From the NCBI GenBank assembly GCA_030390025.1, contig CM059432.1, positions 30,134,001 through 30,198,000 on the forward strand: DNA of 64,000 nt, written 5' to 3'. Below the pieces are notes generated by a model. It had not been told where the DNA came from. It was given only the letters and a program-made list of their open reading frames with translations, and did no database searches. The stretch is from Squalus acanthias (Eukaryota). Numbering within the stretch: the stretch's first letter is position 1; each line of letters starts with the position of its first letter. The position numbers and the translations under genes were made by a program. This document shows, piece by piece, positions 1-13,269 of the stretch.

Positions 1-68
1 TGTTCCAGACCAGCTCTCCCCATCCAAATAAAAATATTTGGAAAGAAAAAAAGTATAACCACAATTAT

Positions 69-1220
69 CATAGAGGCCATTCGGCCCATCGAGTCTAAGC
101 CACCTCTTGCGAAGAGCAATGCAGTTAGTCCCACTCCCCCGCTCTTTCCCCATATCCCTGCAAAGTTTTTCTCCTTCAAGAATTTATCCAACTCCCTTTT
201 GAAGGCTACTATTGAATCTGCATCCACCACCCGATCAGGCAGTGCATTCCAAATCCTAACCACTCGCTGCGTATAAAAGTTTTTCCTCATGTCGCCTGTG
301 GGTCTTTTGCTAATCACTTTAATAATGTGCCCTCTCGTTATTGATCCTTCAGTCATTGGAAACAGTTTCTCTTTATTTACTCTATCTAAACCTTCATGAT
401 TTGAAACACCTCTATCAAATCTCCGCTTAGCCTTCGCTGCTCCAAGGAGAACAACCCTAGTTTCTCCAGTCTGTTCACACAACTGTAATCTCTGGAGCCA
501 TTCTAGTAAATCTCTTCTGTACCCTCTCCAAAGCCTTTATGTCCTTCCTAAAGTGTGGTGCCCAGAATTGGACTCCAGCTGGGGCCGAATTAATGTTTTA
601 TATAGGTTTAGCGTCACTTCCTGGCTTTTATACTCTACCCCTCTATTTATAAAGCCCAGGATTCCATATGCTTTATAACAGATTTGTTAACCTGTTCTGC
701 CACCTTCAAAGATTTGTGCACATGCACCCCCAGGTCTCTCTGTTCTTGCACACTCTTTAATATTGTAACATTTAGTGTGTATGGTCTATCTTCATTCTTC
801 TTACCAAAATGTATCACCTCACACTTCTCTGCGTTGAATTTCATCTGCCATGTGTCCACCTATTACACCAGCTTGTCTATGTCTTCTTGAAGTCTATTAC
901 TATCTTCCTCACTGTTTACTACACTTCCAAGTTTTGTTTTATCAGCAAATTTGGAAATTGTGCCTGTACACCCCCCCCACCCCTCCCCAAGTCATTAATG
1001 TATATCAAAAACAGAAGTGGTCCTAGTATTGAACCTTGGGGAACACTACTGTATACCTCACTCCAGTCTGAAAAACCGCCATTCACCTCAACTCTGTTTT
1101 CTATCCCTTCGCCAATTTTGTATCCCTGCAACCAATGCCCCTTAAATCCTACAGGCTTCAACTTTGCTAACAAGCCTAATATGTGGTACTTTATCAAAGG
1201 CAACATCAACTGCACTGCCC
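69..1220 (-). mobile_element. Degraded CR1 LINE 3' portion
   Basis: [20 protein letters not shown] and WQMKFNAEKCEVIHFG fragments; CR1 3' UTR. Confidence 0.9.
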
Positions 1221-1943
1221 TTATCTGCACTCCAGTGGTCTGCTTTCCTCATTATCCAGGAGATTTTCCGAGGACAACACCTTGAGTGAGATGTCGCATC
1301 ATTTTACAGGCTGCTGTGCTTGTTTTGTTATTTTATTTCATCTCCTTTTCTCAGTGACTAAAATTACACAAATGTTTCTCTTAATTCCATTGGTGGGATA
1401 TTGCTGTACCATAGGTTTCGAAATTCTTGATTTTTCCACCAATTCCTATTATCTGCTGGAGGCCGGGTTGGGGGGGGGGGGAAAGAAGTCCCGTCCTTCA
1501 TGGCAGATAATGCAGTATTTTCTGTCACCAAAGGAAGTTGGTATATAGCTTTGTTTTTTATAAAGGGTTAGTGTTGCGGCGAATCCTGATTTAACCTACA
1601 GGCTGTGACATGAGGCCTATTTGTCGCCCTCCCTCCTTGCAGTCCAGTATTGTGTGATAGAGGTGGCTTGTTTCTGAATGCTATGTGAAGTCTTTATTTG
1701 GTTACTGTCACTGGACTCTTTTTTTGCTTGTTGAGTTAGTTGATGTGGAAGCAATCTGGAGCTTTCAAAAGTAACAGACACATAGGAATTGCTAGACCAA
1801 AAAGACCACGGTCCATCTAGTTCACCATCTACCATCCTGGCAGTCATATGATACAATGATAATGCAACTGTTGACTAATCATAGCAATTAATCTCTATCA
1901 ATTAGTCTACAATAGACATGAGACGAGGAAAAGCCCTGTGGTG

Positions 1944-2087
1944 CAATATTCTCGTTAATATTTTTTTGGGTGCGCAGCCCCATTCAAAATACCGCACGTG
2001 CGCGGTTTTTCTCATTGAAAAGCCGGCGAGCCGGCTGCAAGCAAAGTCCAGAGAGCTGTGTGGCCATGCAGCTTAAAGGGAACGTTG
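1944..2087. mobile_element. hAT-type MITE, same family as 4219, opposite orientation
   Basis: Perfect 8-bp TSD CTGTGGTG; diverged TIRs. Confidence 0.85.
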
Positions 2088-2514
2088 CTGTGGTGAAAAG
2101 CTTTGGGAACCATAGGTCCAAACTCGCCTGTTCCTCCCAAGCTTGCTACAATTACCATATGCCATGCCTCCAATTATTCATATACTAGATGACATATCAT
2201 TCTTAAGAACAGGATATCCTGGAAGTGCTTGGCTGGTGTTAAGAACATGCATTTCATTATTTGAAGATGACGTGATGCACATATAGAGCTGGTGTTGTGC
2301 TGACTCAGAATAAGGAGCTGAGCTGCCATGGCATTGCTCATGAACCAAAAGAATTGTCTACCTTTTCCCATAATGGTCTCTGCTTTTTTCCCACTCTTCC
2401 ATTCGATGTCTGTGTCTCTGGCTTTGTGTTTGTATTCCACTCTCTCTCTCTGTATGGCTCTCATGCACTTCTCATTTGTGTGTCTGTATCACTGTGCTTG
2501 TGTATCTTCCAAAT

Positions 2515-2820
2515 GGGAGGGGGGTTAGGAACCAGGGGACACAGATTTAAGATAATTGGCAAAAGAACCAGAGGGGAGATGAGGAGAATTTTTTTTATGC
2601 AGCGAGTTATGATGATCTGGAATGCACTGCCTGAAAGGATGGTGGAAGCAGATTCAATAGTAACTTTCAAAAGGAAATTGGATAAATACTTGAAAATGAA
2701 AATACTGCAGGGCTATGGGGAAAGAGCAGTGGAGTTGGACTAATTGGATAGCTCTTTCAAAGAGCCAGCACAGGCACAATGGGCTGAATGGCCTCCTTCT
2801 GTGCTGTATGATTCTATGAT
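2515..2820 (+). mobile_element. CR1 LINE 3' end
   Basis: TRGHRFKIIGKRTRG..WNALP; tail TATGATTCTATG. Confidence 0.85.
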
Positions 2821-4218
2821 TTTAGATCCCATGGTAAATAGCAAGGGGCCAGCACTCACACATTGGTCAGGTACCAGGATCTGGGCCAGGAGATAGGCGA
2901 GAAGACAGGCTTTCTGGTGTAACACGTGTGGGCAAGAGAGAAACCGGGTGTTGATGATGCAGCTTAGGGCAGGAGAGTGGGTGCGGATTAAGTCTGTGGT
3001 TAACATGCAGGGAGTTGACAGATGGGATGGGGTTTAGGAAAGAGTAGGGAGCTCCAGGTTTGGGCCAGAAAGAGCAGTCCGGATCCCGGGACTATTTGTG
3101 GTGGTCGGGCTAGAGTCAAAGAGCACTTGGGACCAGGAGTACTGGGCTGGGGTAGCAGGAAGCACTGCATTTTGTAGCGTTGAGGAAGAACATTGCCAAT
3201 GAGAAGGAAGGAGAGTTCTAGGAGAGTTGTTAGAGTGTGGAATGCTTTGTCACAGGCAGAGAACATTGCATTCTTCACGGGAAAGGTGTATAATAATTTG
3301 AAACAGAAAAAGATACAGGGCTATAGAGAGAGAGAAGGGTATAGCAGGATTAGTTTTGAATTGATCTAGCAAACAGGCAGCAGAGGCGCGATGGGTCGAA
3401 TGGCTGCCTTTTGTGCTGCAAGCTTCTTTGGTTCCAAGGAGGAGGACAGTGATTTTGACACGAACAAACCTTACACTGAGGAGTACTAACATCCTGCACA
3501 CAAAACAGGCATCGAGTATCACTGAACTCGTTCACATGGAAAATCCAAGTAGGATTGTCCAGGGAGGGAAGGAAACACAACTCTGAGGATGGAGCAGTAC
3601 GTAAATCCCAGGCTACAGATGTGTTGGCGGGGGGGGGAAGAAGAGGGGGGTATGAGCTATCCGTAAGATGGGATGGGTACTTGGCTGATCATTCACTGGT
3701 TGACTTTTAGTGAATGGATTTTTTTCTTTTGAACAGCAGATGGTTTTTGTTAAGTTGGCTGTTAGTGAATAGACATTAGACAATTAGCACGATTCACTCT
3801 TGATAAGCACTTGCAGCAGCAACCCGAATTTCCTGGATTGTAATTTTTCCGTAAGTGCACCGAAATTTATGCCAGTGTCTGCTCCGATGTTGCAGACGGG
3901 AACTCACTCCATAATTTCCTGTGGAGCTCATTTGGCTGCGCCGGAATGTAAAAATCAGCGTAAAACAAACACAAATGCAGCACCGCCAATTGGTGACCAT
4001 TTGTGTTACAACTGTAGATACTTCATAAGCTATGTTTAAATTGATGTACGCCCCTCAGAAAATAAAGACCGTATTGCTGTTTCGCAGCCTTTTAGAGGAC
4101 TTTTATTTCTAAAATCAGGACGTGTTCACAAGTGTGTGAAATGGAGAACTCTGCTGCTTCACAGCAGCAGTGCTGTATCAGTTAATGGTCTGGCAAGACA
4201 TAAAGAATGAGCGGAAAG

Positions 4219-4361
4219 CAATGTTCCCTTTAAGCTGAGCAGCCGCGCAGCACTCTGCAGCTCCTGGCGTAGCCAGCTCACCGGCTATTAAATAGGAAAA
4301 AACGCACATGCACGATATTTTGAATAGGTCGCGCACCCAAAAAAAATTAAAGGGAACATTG
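4219..4361. mobile_element. hAT-type MITE (143 bp)
   Basis: Perfect 15-bp TIR CAATGTTCCCTTTAA; imperfect 8-bp TSD GCGGAAAG/GCAGAAGG. Confidence 0.85.
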
Positions 4362-4792
4362 GCAGAAGGATGTGTGAATCTCAATTAAATCTGGGTTTGA
4401 ACTCACAGCTGGACAGTTGAGGTCCCTGACATTTCACCGCCAGGTGTGCTGGAGAGGAACTAACTTCTGGTTTAGCCTCTCGTTTCTGCAACTAAAAAGT
4501 CTGAGGCTCCACTGCTATGTCCAGTAGCAGATTTTTTTTTAAATTTTATTCAAATTTTCAAACTGCCATCTTGGAATTGAACTCATGTTCTCTGGATTAG
4601 TAGTCCAGGCCATTGGATTACTAGTACAGTAATAATCACTGAACGACCATAACCAAACAATTGACACAATTTTAATTTAATTGACACTAAACAAACACTG
4701 CGGGAAGCTCATTCATTAAGTACTGTTCAGGTTGGAAATCAAAACCCTGGAATTGTTTGTTGGAAGGTTAATTAAAGGGCTGCAGACATTAT

Positions 4793-5522
4793 GGCCCGGA
4801 ATTTGCGGTGGGTAATGGTGAACTAACAGCGTCGCCGTTTTTACCCCTTTGAAACTGACCTCAACTCCTGGATGTAGTCAAGATAAAAGCAGGTTCTCAT
4901 TTCCTGCTTTTATCTTGTTTAGAAGAATGAGGGGTGATCTCATTGAAACATACAAAATTCTTACAGGGCTTGACAGGGTAGATGCAGGGAGGATGTTTCC
5001 CCTGGCTGGGGAGTCTAGAACAAGGGGTCACAGTCTCAGAATAAGGGGTCGGCCATTTAGGACTGAGATGAGGAGAAATTTCTGCACTCAGAGGATGGTG
5101 AATCTTTGGAATTCTCTATCCCAGAGGGCTGTGGATTCAAGACAGAGATCGATAAGATTTTTGAATTAAGGGAATCAAGGGATATGGGGATAGTGCAGGA
5201 AAGTGGAGTTGAGGTAGAAGATCAGCCATGATCTTACTGTATGGCAGAGCAGGCTCGAGGGGCCGAATGGCCTACTCCTGCTCCTATTTCTTATGTTCTT
5301 ATGTTTCCCTTTCTGTGAGAATTCTGCAATGTGATTGGCTGCTTAGACAGCTTGTTGACATCACAGCAGATTGCGTTAGGGATTCCCCATTATATTGCAC
5401 TGATCTTACTTATGCGTTGAAAAAGGCAAACTTCTCGCCGGAGATCGCGAGATCTCTGTTCAGCTTTCTTTGGGGGCAGCAGCGAATGCCTGTGCATTGC
5501 CGCTGACCACAAATTCCGGGCC
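4793..5522. mobile_element. Harbinger-like MITE with nested CR1 3' end (~4920-5305)
   Basis: TIR GGCCCGGAATTTG(c/t)GGT, 16/17 match. Confidence 0.75.
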
Positions 5523-6339
5523 AATGTCTCTGGCTTTCTGAAGAGTTCTTCCTGTACACTACAAATGACAATCAAGAGATTTGCCCAAAAGAAGTTAACA
5601 CAATTATAATTAGCTCGTACTAAGGCAGAGTGCGGCACATTGAAGGGCAACGTTCACACAGGAAGTACGTGCATTCATAACACGGAGAATAGTGCTTTTT
5701 CCTCAGTAATCCACCAGATAAAGTTAAGATTACAAATTCACAGAACAGCTGATATATCAAAACTGTTTCCCTCCCCCCCATTTAAAAAAAGTAATATCTA
5801 ATCATTTGAATTGAGCAACTTAAATAACATTGCAAAGTGGGAATTTAATGCTAAAAAAAATTGAATCAGATAATTTGAATTAAGCAGCTTTGAATTAAGA
5901 GTAGACTAAACTCCTTCAGATAAAGTTTATTATAAATTTAATCAAGCATGCCATCGTTTATGTGGAGTACCCTCACCAGCATATCCTGAAGAAAACAAAA
6001 GCTTCCAGAAACAGAAGAAACAAGGTCAGATGTTATTTTTAATAGCACTGCTCTGTAATTATTATATAATAGCTGAGTGGGAGTAATTACTGTCTAAAAT
6101 AATCTCATCCAAGCCTTTTAAATGATTTTTTCTTATAAAAATGCCCCTTTCTCCCATTATTTCTATCCAAAAACTCCCTCTTACCTATTATCCTGCACAT
6201 AATCATCTGGTTATTCAGAACAATAAAAGCAACAACTTGCATTTATATACCGCCTTTATCGATTTAAAATGTTCCACAGTGCTTCACATTATAATACTTT
6301 TTACAAATCGCAGCAGTAAGGTCCAATGCAAAGACTTAC

Positions 6340-7972
6340 CTCAAACCTCCATTTCTCCTGATAATTTTAGTTCTGCTCTTCACTTTGTAATGAGAAGATC
6401 CAGACCCACTCAACGTCTTCTTAGGGACGACAGTGGCACATTCGGCCCTTTTCAGTGCTACAGGTCGCATCCGATGGCCTGAAGGTCCTGTCTCGTGGGA
6501 GTCCTGTGACTTCCACTGGTACAGTGACTTCGATGGGGAAACTGTCTCCGCTGCTTTCCAGCAGTACTTATTCGACGAGGCTCCTCTCTTGTGACAGCAC
6601 CCGACCTTTTTGTGTTTTCCTGCAGATCTGAACTCCAGGCCTGTACCATCGTCTCCCATAGCAACACATTTCGTAGCACTTTTAACCAACTTTGGCGAGA
6701 CAGACTTCCGACTCAGCTCGCCGGATCTCACGGGTTGGCTTGGTTTGGCGGTGTTTGAAACCCAAACGTACTTTGCCTTCCTGCCCTTGCACACTCTGCT
6801 GCAAACAGGAGTGTTAGTCCTTTGTTTCTTAAGTACTTTAAGTGGCAATGGGGCTTTTGATTTCAAAGAGCCTCCGACCGCATGCATTGTTTGAACCTGG
6901 GAAGTGCTGACGGAAACTGGCTCTGTGGCTGTCTTCAAAGTCTCATTCTGGCATCCGCATGATCTAGAAACCACACCGACATCTGGTACTTTCTGCCATG
7001 TATATTTGGATCTTTTAATTGGCGAGGAACCACACGTCACTTGGTCTAGAGAATTTGAAGCGTTCTGAGATTTTCCCGATGTTACACAATCATTCTCGGC
7101 GTGCTCGTCCAACTTGGCAATTTTATGCATTACGGATGCTTTCTGTGACTTGCCTGTTGATGTCTCAGGAATTCCGCATGAACCATCACTTAACTCAACA
7201 ACCTGCCGGAATTTAGCTGCTTCCCTTACAGTCTCACCAGCAACGCAGTGAATTTTACCCTTTACGGAGGCTTTCTGAAGCTTGCGCATTGATGCCTCGG
7301 GACCTGCGCTGGCACCTTCACTTGACTCAACGTGTTGGATTTGAACCGATCCACGCACCGTCATACCGCGACAGCTGGGAGGAACGCTTGCCTGAGTTTT
7401 TCCCACTACTTCAGCGGGCAATTGCTTTTCCACATTAAGTTCCCGTCTTTCCTCTTCCTGCTTCCTCACACTTTTCAAGGTAGACCCTTCTGCAGAGATA
7501 GACGTTGTGGCACCTATTCCGTCCATCCTTCTGGCCATCTTCACTTTGTCCAGCTTCTCCTTCAGTGCCAACAGCTTATTGTTTTTCACTGCAAGCTCAG
7601 AATTCAGGGCCAACAAAGACTGCGCTTTTGGAGTTGCCTGAACTGTTCTGTATGACTTGCCTCTCAAGTTGCCTCCTTCTGGCACACATTTGCCAACACT
7701 GTTCGACTCATGTATACTAGCAGGTGTTATCTCACCTTGAGAAACATTAGCAGGTGCATCACCACTAGTGTTAACGGGCTTCTTATTGACCAGTGAGTAC
7801 TTTGTCCGCCACGAGCTGCTAGCTTCTGACCCGTGATGCACTGGAGCTTTTTGTAGGCAGATGGGTGTGAATTTAGGGTTGCTACTAGTCCACTGTCCTT
7901 GCCTGTGTGGATTACAAGGCTCTGTAGCTGCAGGTACATCTCCATGGACATTCTTGTGGTTAGTTATAAGAG
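6340..7972 (-). CDS. ZC3H3: ZC3H3 coding exon 2 (large, low-complexity, 1633 nt)
   Basis: Within the 552-aa ORF 6336-7994; acceptor ttttctccaaccccacag|CT, donor AG|gtaagt; ends with YKVKSRTKIIRR, which I recognise from ZC3H3 exon 2. The zinc-finger exons lie beyond the window start. Confidence 0.9.
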
Positions 7973-8339
7973 CTGTGGGGTTGGAGAAAAACAAAGAAAA
8001 AATTAGTTTGAAATGATTGCACCAATACTTTTATTAGGGAAGAGGACAGTTATAGAGAGACCTGCAATTATATGGGCCTCATCACGTTTCTCATACGTCT
8101 CAACACACTGCACATATAATCCATGGAAGTGCAGGGACTGTTGTGTCAGCAAACACAGCAGCCATATTGCACAAAGTCCCAAACAGCAAATGAGATGAAT
8201 GACTCGATCGGAGAGAATTAATTGCACTCATTCAAATAGCTCATTCATGGCATTCCCATCTCTGAGTCACCAAGTTAGGGGTTTCAAGCAGACAAAAGTC
8301 TTCCAACATTACAACAGTGACTATACTTCAAAAGTATGA

Positions 8340-8833
8340 TAGCAAAATACTGCGGATGCTGGAAATCTGAAATAACAACAGAAAACGCTGGAAAAACTCA
8401 GCAGGCCAGGCAGCATCCGTGGAGAGAGAAAGAGAGTTAACGTTTCAGGTCGAAGACCTTTCATCAGAACTGTGAAGAGCCAGAAATCAAATAGATTTAA
8501 GGCCAGAGTAAAGCTGGGAAAAGGGGGAGGGGATAAAAGAACAAAGGGGGAGATGAAGAGACATTAAGAGATATGCAAGGCTAGAGGTGGTGTTAATGTG
8601 ACAGATTAAGGCTGAATGAAGTGTGAAATCCACTGGCAGAATGAAGGACAGCTGCCAGCTTCTAGGAGGAAAAAAAAAGGTGGGGGGGGGCAAATGAAAG
8701 GGTGGAAAAAATAAAATATAAATGTGATTGGAGCTGAGGTTATGATCTAAAATTGTTGAACTCGATATTGAGTCCAGAGGGCTGTAGCGTGCCTAAACGA
8801 AAGATGAGGTGCTGTTCCTCGAGCTTACGCTGT
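8340..8833 (-). mobile_element. 3' fragment of a second Penelope-like family in ZC3H3 intron 1
   Basis: Minus strand ~8833-8741 reads QRKLEEQHLIFRLGTLQPSGLNIEFNNFRS* (GIY-YIG C-terminus), followed by a 3' region containing a hammerhead motif. Confidence 0.85.
8435..8471 (-). ncRNA. Minimal hammerhead ribozyme motif (CTGATGA...GAAA)
   Basis: Minus strand AGTT-CTGATGA-A-AGGTC ttc GACCT-GAAA-CGTT-AACT: stem I AGTT/AACT, stem II, palindromic AACGTT, GUU triplet. Confidence 0.82.
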
Positions 8834-9029
8834 CAAATTCATTGACTGTGCTTCGAGACATCCTGAGGCGCTATATAAATATAAAGTTCCTTCTTTCCAA
8901 GCAGTAGCAGCCTAAATTGTTTGCTCATCCTGAAGTAGGGCTTAGACTCGTCACCTTGTGGCTCAGAGAGGAGAGTGCTGCAAAATGAGCCAAGCCGACA
9001 GGGACCGTCTGAAAGGAGAAAGGAAGCAG

Positions 9030-9460
9030 TCAACAGTTTGGCTTAGTGGTGGCACTCTCGCCTGAGACAGAAGGTTGTGGGTTCAAGGCCCACTCCAGAG
9101 ACCTGTGTGCATAATCTAAGCTGACACTCCAATTCAATACTGAGAGAACACCACAATGTTGAAAATGCCATTTTTCAGATGAGACAGTAAACCGAGGTCC
9201 CGCCTGCCCTCTCAGGTGGACGTAAAAAATCCCAAGACACTTTTCAAAGAAGAACAGGGGAGTTCTGGCCAACATTTATCTCTCAACCAATACCACCAAA
9301 AATTGAGCATCTAGAACAACAACTACTTATATTTATATTGCGCCTTTAAGATAATAAAACATCATTTATTTCATTGTTATTGTGGGACATGGCTCTGCAC
9401 TAATTGGCTGCTGTGTTTGCCTACATTACAACAGCGACTATACTTCAAAAGTACAGTACT
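9030..9460 (+). mobile_element. Diverged Deu-domain SINE
   Basis: tRNA-like head and Deu core similar to 28691. Confidence 0.7.
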
Positions 9461-9461
9461 T

Positions 9462-9885
9462 CATAAAATCTTACAGCACAGAAGGTGGCCTTTGGGCCCA
9501 TCGTGCCTGTGTTGGCTCTTTGAAAGAGCTAACCAATTAGTCCCACTTCCCTTCTGGTTTCCCAGAGCCCTGCAAATCTATCCTTTCAAGTATATATCCA
9601 ATTCCCTTTTGAAAGTTACTACTGAATCACCCTTTCAAATAGTGCATTTCAGATTAACTCACTTCTGATTGTTTTGCCAATTATCTTAAATCTGTGTCCT
9701 TTGATTATCAACCTTCCTGCCAGTGAGAACAGTTTACTCTATCAAAACTCTTCATAATTTTGAACCCTTCTATTAAATCTCCCTTTAACCTTATCTGTTC
9801 CAAGGAGAACAATCCCAGCTTCTCTAGTCTCTCCACATAACTGAAGTCCCCCATCCCTGGTACCATTCTAGTAAATCTCCTTTAC
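9462..9885 (-). mobile_element. Degraded CR1 LINE 3' end
   Basis: Similar to the copies at 10277 and 69. Confidence 0.75.
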
Positions 9886-10276
9886 AGCCAATTGTTAGGG
9901 GAGAGGTGTTCTTACTTATGTTACTTCTCAAAATCATAGGGTTCACAGCATTGATTGTCACACATTCACAGATTTATTACGCATACCATATTATTGACAA
10001 TAATGAAACATGTACTTAACAGCAGCACTTACAGCAAAATCTTGCGAGTTAGCCGGAGAATCCAAACACGTTACACTTGCAAACACAGGTCTTATCTAGG
10101 TTGATCAGACCTTAATCGAATTCTAAAGTATCTGTTCTTACACCCACGTGTTGCACCTTTTTGTCTCAACCCTGCTACATGACATTTTGCATGTTTGAGT
10201 TATATTACATAGTTATCATTCAAATACTGATTTGATTGTCCTATCCTTCCAGCACACAGATCCATAACTCCCTTAT

Positions 10277-11958
10277 AGAATCATAGAATGGTTACAGCAT
10301 GGAAGGCGGCCATTCGGCCCGTTGAACCCGTGCCGGCTCTCTGCAAGAACACTTCAGCTAGTCCCACTCCCTCGCCCTGCAAATGTTTTTCCTTCAGATA
10401 CTTATCCAATTCCCTTTTGAAAGCCATGATTGAATCTGCCTCCACCACCCTTTCAGGCAGTGCATTCCAGATCTTAACCACTCGCTGCGTAAAAAAGGTT
10501 TTTCTTATGTCGCCTTTGGTTCTTTTGCCAATCACCTTAATTCTGTGTCCTCTGGTTCTCCACCCTTCTGCCAATGGAAACAGTTTCTCTCTATCTGCTC
10601 TGTCCAGACCCCTCATGATTTTGAACACCTCTATCAAATCGCCTCTCAACCCCAGCTTCTCCAGTCTATCAACGTAACTGAAGTCCCTCATTCCTGGAAT
10701 CATTCTCGTAAATTTTTTCTGCACCCTCTCGAAGGCCTTCACATCCTTCCTAAAGTGTGGTGCCCAGAATTGGACACAATACTCCAGTTAGGGCCAAACC
10801 AGTTTTTTTATACAGGTTAATCATAATTTCCACAATTTTGTACTCTGTACCTCTATTTATGAAGCTCAGGATCCTGCAAGCTTTGTTAACTGCTTTCTCA
10901 ACCTGCCCTGCCACCTTCAACGATTTGTGCACGCATACACCCAGGTCTCTCTGTTCATGCACCCCCTTCAGGATTGTACCATTTAGTTTATATATCCTCT
11001 CCTCATTCTTTCTACCAAAATGTATCACTTCACACTTTTCTGCGTTAAATTTCATCTGCCACACGTCCACCCATTCCACCAGTCTATGTCTTCCTGAAGT
11101 CTATCACTCACCTCCTCACTGTTCACTATACTTCCAAGTTTTGTGTCATCTGCAAATTTTTAAATTGTACCCTGTACACCCACGTCCAAGTCATTAATAT
11201 ATATCAAGAAAAGCAGTGGTCCTAGAACCGACCCCTGGGGAACACCACTGTATACCTTCCTCCAGTCCGAAAAACAACCATTCATCGCTACTCTATTTCC
11301 TGTCACTTAGCCAATTCCATATCCATGCTGCCGCTGTCCCCATTATTCCATGGGCTTCAACTTTGCTGACAAGCCTATTATGTGACACTTTGTCGAACGC
11401 CTTTTGGAAATCCATGTACACTACGTCAACTGCATTACCTTCATCAACCCTCTCTGTTACCTCATCAAAAGAACTCAATCAAGTTAGTTAAACACGATTT
11501 GCCTTTAACAAATCCGTGCTGGCTTTCCTTAATTAATCCACACTTGTCCAAGTGACTGTTAATTTTGTCCCTGATTACGGTTTCTAAAAGCTTCCCCACT
11601 ACGGAGGTCAAACTGACTGGCCTGTAGTTGTTGGGTTTATCCTTGCACCCTTTTTTGAACAATGGTGTAACATTTGCAATTCTCCAGTCCTCTGGCACCA
11701 TCCCCATATCCAAGGAGGATTGGAATATTATAGCCAATACCTCCGCGATTTCCTCCCTCAATTCCCTCAGCATCCTAGGATGCATCCCATCCGCTCCTGG
11801 TGATTTATCTACTTTAAGTACAGCCAGCCTTTCTAATACCTCCTCTTTCAATTTTATCCTATCAAGTATCTTCACTACCTCCTCCTTTACTATGTCTATG
11901 GCAGCATCCTCTTCCTTGGTGAAGACAGATGCAATGTACTCGTTTAGTACCTCAGCCT
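10277..11958 (-). mobile_element. CR1 LINE 3' portion (frameshifted RT)
   Basis: ORF pieces KSPGADGMHPR, NYRPVSLTS, QHGF, DFQKAFDKV, WQMKFNAEKC; (ATTCTATG) tail. Confidence 0.93.
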
Positions 11959-12555
11959 CTACACTTACTTGCTACACTCCCTAACTTTCCAGGTCTTTCT
12001 CGGGCAGATGTTTATCTTCAAGGCTTGAATGAACAAAGATAGCTTTTCTGTTCGCTGCAGTATTTATCAACTAATGCTCCCTGACTGTCTCTACCTGGAA
12101 TATCTTTTAATTAGGTTTACTGTCGAAGCTGACCATTGCTTTTCACTGTATTCTATACTAAATATACATTTATCTAAAATTAAGCAAGCCTGTCTTACGA
12201 TTACACTTTCATTCTTCTAACAGAGACTCACATAACAAGCAAAAGATTAATATAAAGAGAAATCAATAGCAGTACCATACTAGCAGACTTCAAGAAACTC
12301 TGATCAACCCGTTCTTTACACAATGAAGTACTTTTGAAGTGTAGTCACTGTTGTAATTTAGTAAACACGGCAGCCAATTGGCACACAGTAATGTCTCACA
12401 AACAGCACTAAATGACCAGATAATTTTTTAGTGATGTTGGTTAAGAGATAAATATTGACCAGGAAAAACTCCCATACTCTTCCTCGAATAGTGCCATGGG
12501 ATCTTTTACGTTCACCTAAGAGGCCAGACAAAGCCTCAGTTTAACATCTCATCCA

Positions 12556-13022
12556 GTGTCAGCTGTGGCTCACTCAGAAGCACACTGGCCTGAGTCAGAA
12601 GGTCGTGGGTTCAAGTCCCACTCCAGGGACTTGAGCACATAAAGCTCGGCTGACACTCCAGTGCAGTGCTGAAGGAGTGCTGCACTGTCGGAGGTGCCAT
12701 CTTTCGGAAGAGACGTTAAACCCTGTCTGCTCTCTCAGGTGGACGTAAAAGATCCCATCCCATGGCACTATTTCGAAGAAGAGCAGGGGAGTTATCCCCA
12801 GTGTCCTGGCCAATATTTCTCCTTCGACCAACATAACAAAAACAGATTATCTAGGCATTTTCACATTGCTGTTTGTGGGAGCTTGCTGTATGCAAATCGG
12901 CTGCCGTGTTTCCCACATTACAACAGTGACTCCACTTCAAACGTACTTCATTGGCTGTGAAGCACTTTGAAATGTCCAGTGGTCGTGAAAGGCGCTATAT
13001 AAATGCAAATCTTTCTTTTTTT
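12556..13022 (+). mobile_element. Deu-domain SINE nested in an older antisense copy (12320-13140)
   Basis: Same consensus as 28691; flanks 12320-12555 and 13023-13140 are the two halves of a minus-strand copy. Confidence 0.78.
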
Positions 13023-13269
13023 CCATCCGGCACCCCCGACAGTGTCAGCCTAGATTATGTGCTAAAATCTCTGGAGCTTGAACCTACAACCTTTTGACTC
13101 AGAGGCGAGAGCGCTACCACCGAGCCGCGGTTGACACCGGATACATATTAACATTGCGTTTTAATATGTTAACCTTTTTACAATGGTTAATTCCATCTTT
13201 TATATATATACCCAGGATTAGGGCCTGTGAAGACGACACTCATTAGCCAGTGAGTGTACCTGTTTACAT

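Noticed and set aside
6336..7994. 552-aa ORF as a standalone single-exon gene
   Set aside because: Bounded by splice sites and in phase with exon 1 at 13381-13426; it is ZC3H3 exon 2.
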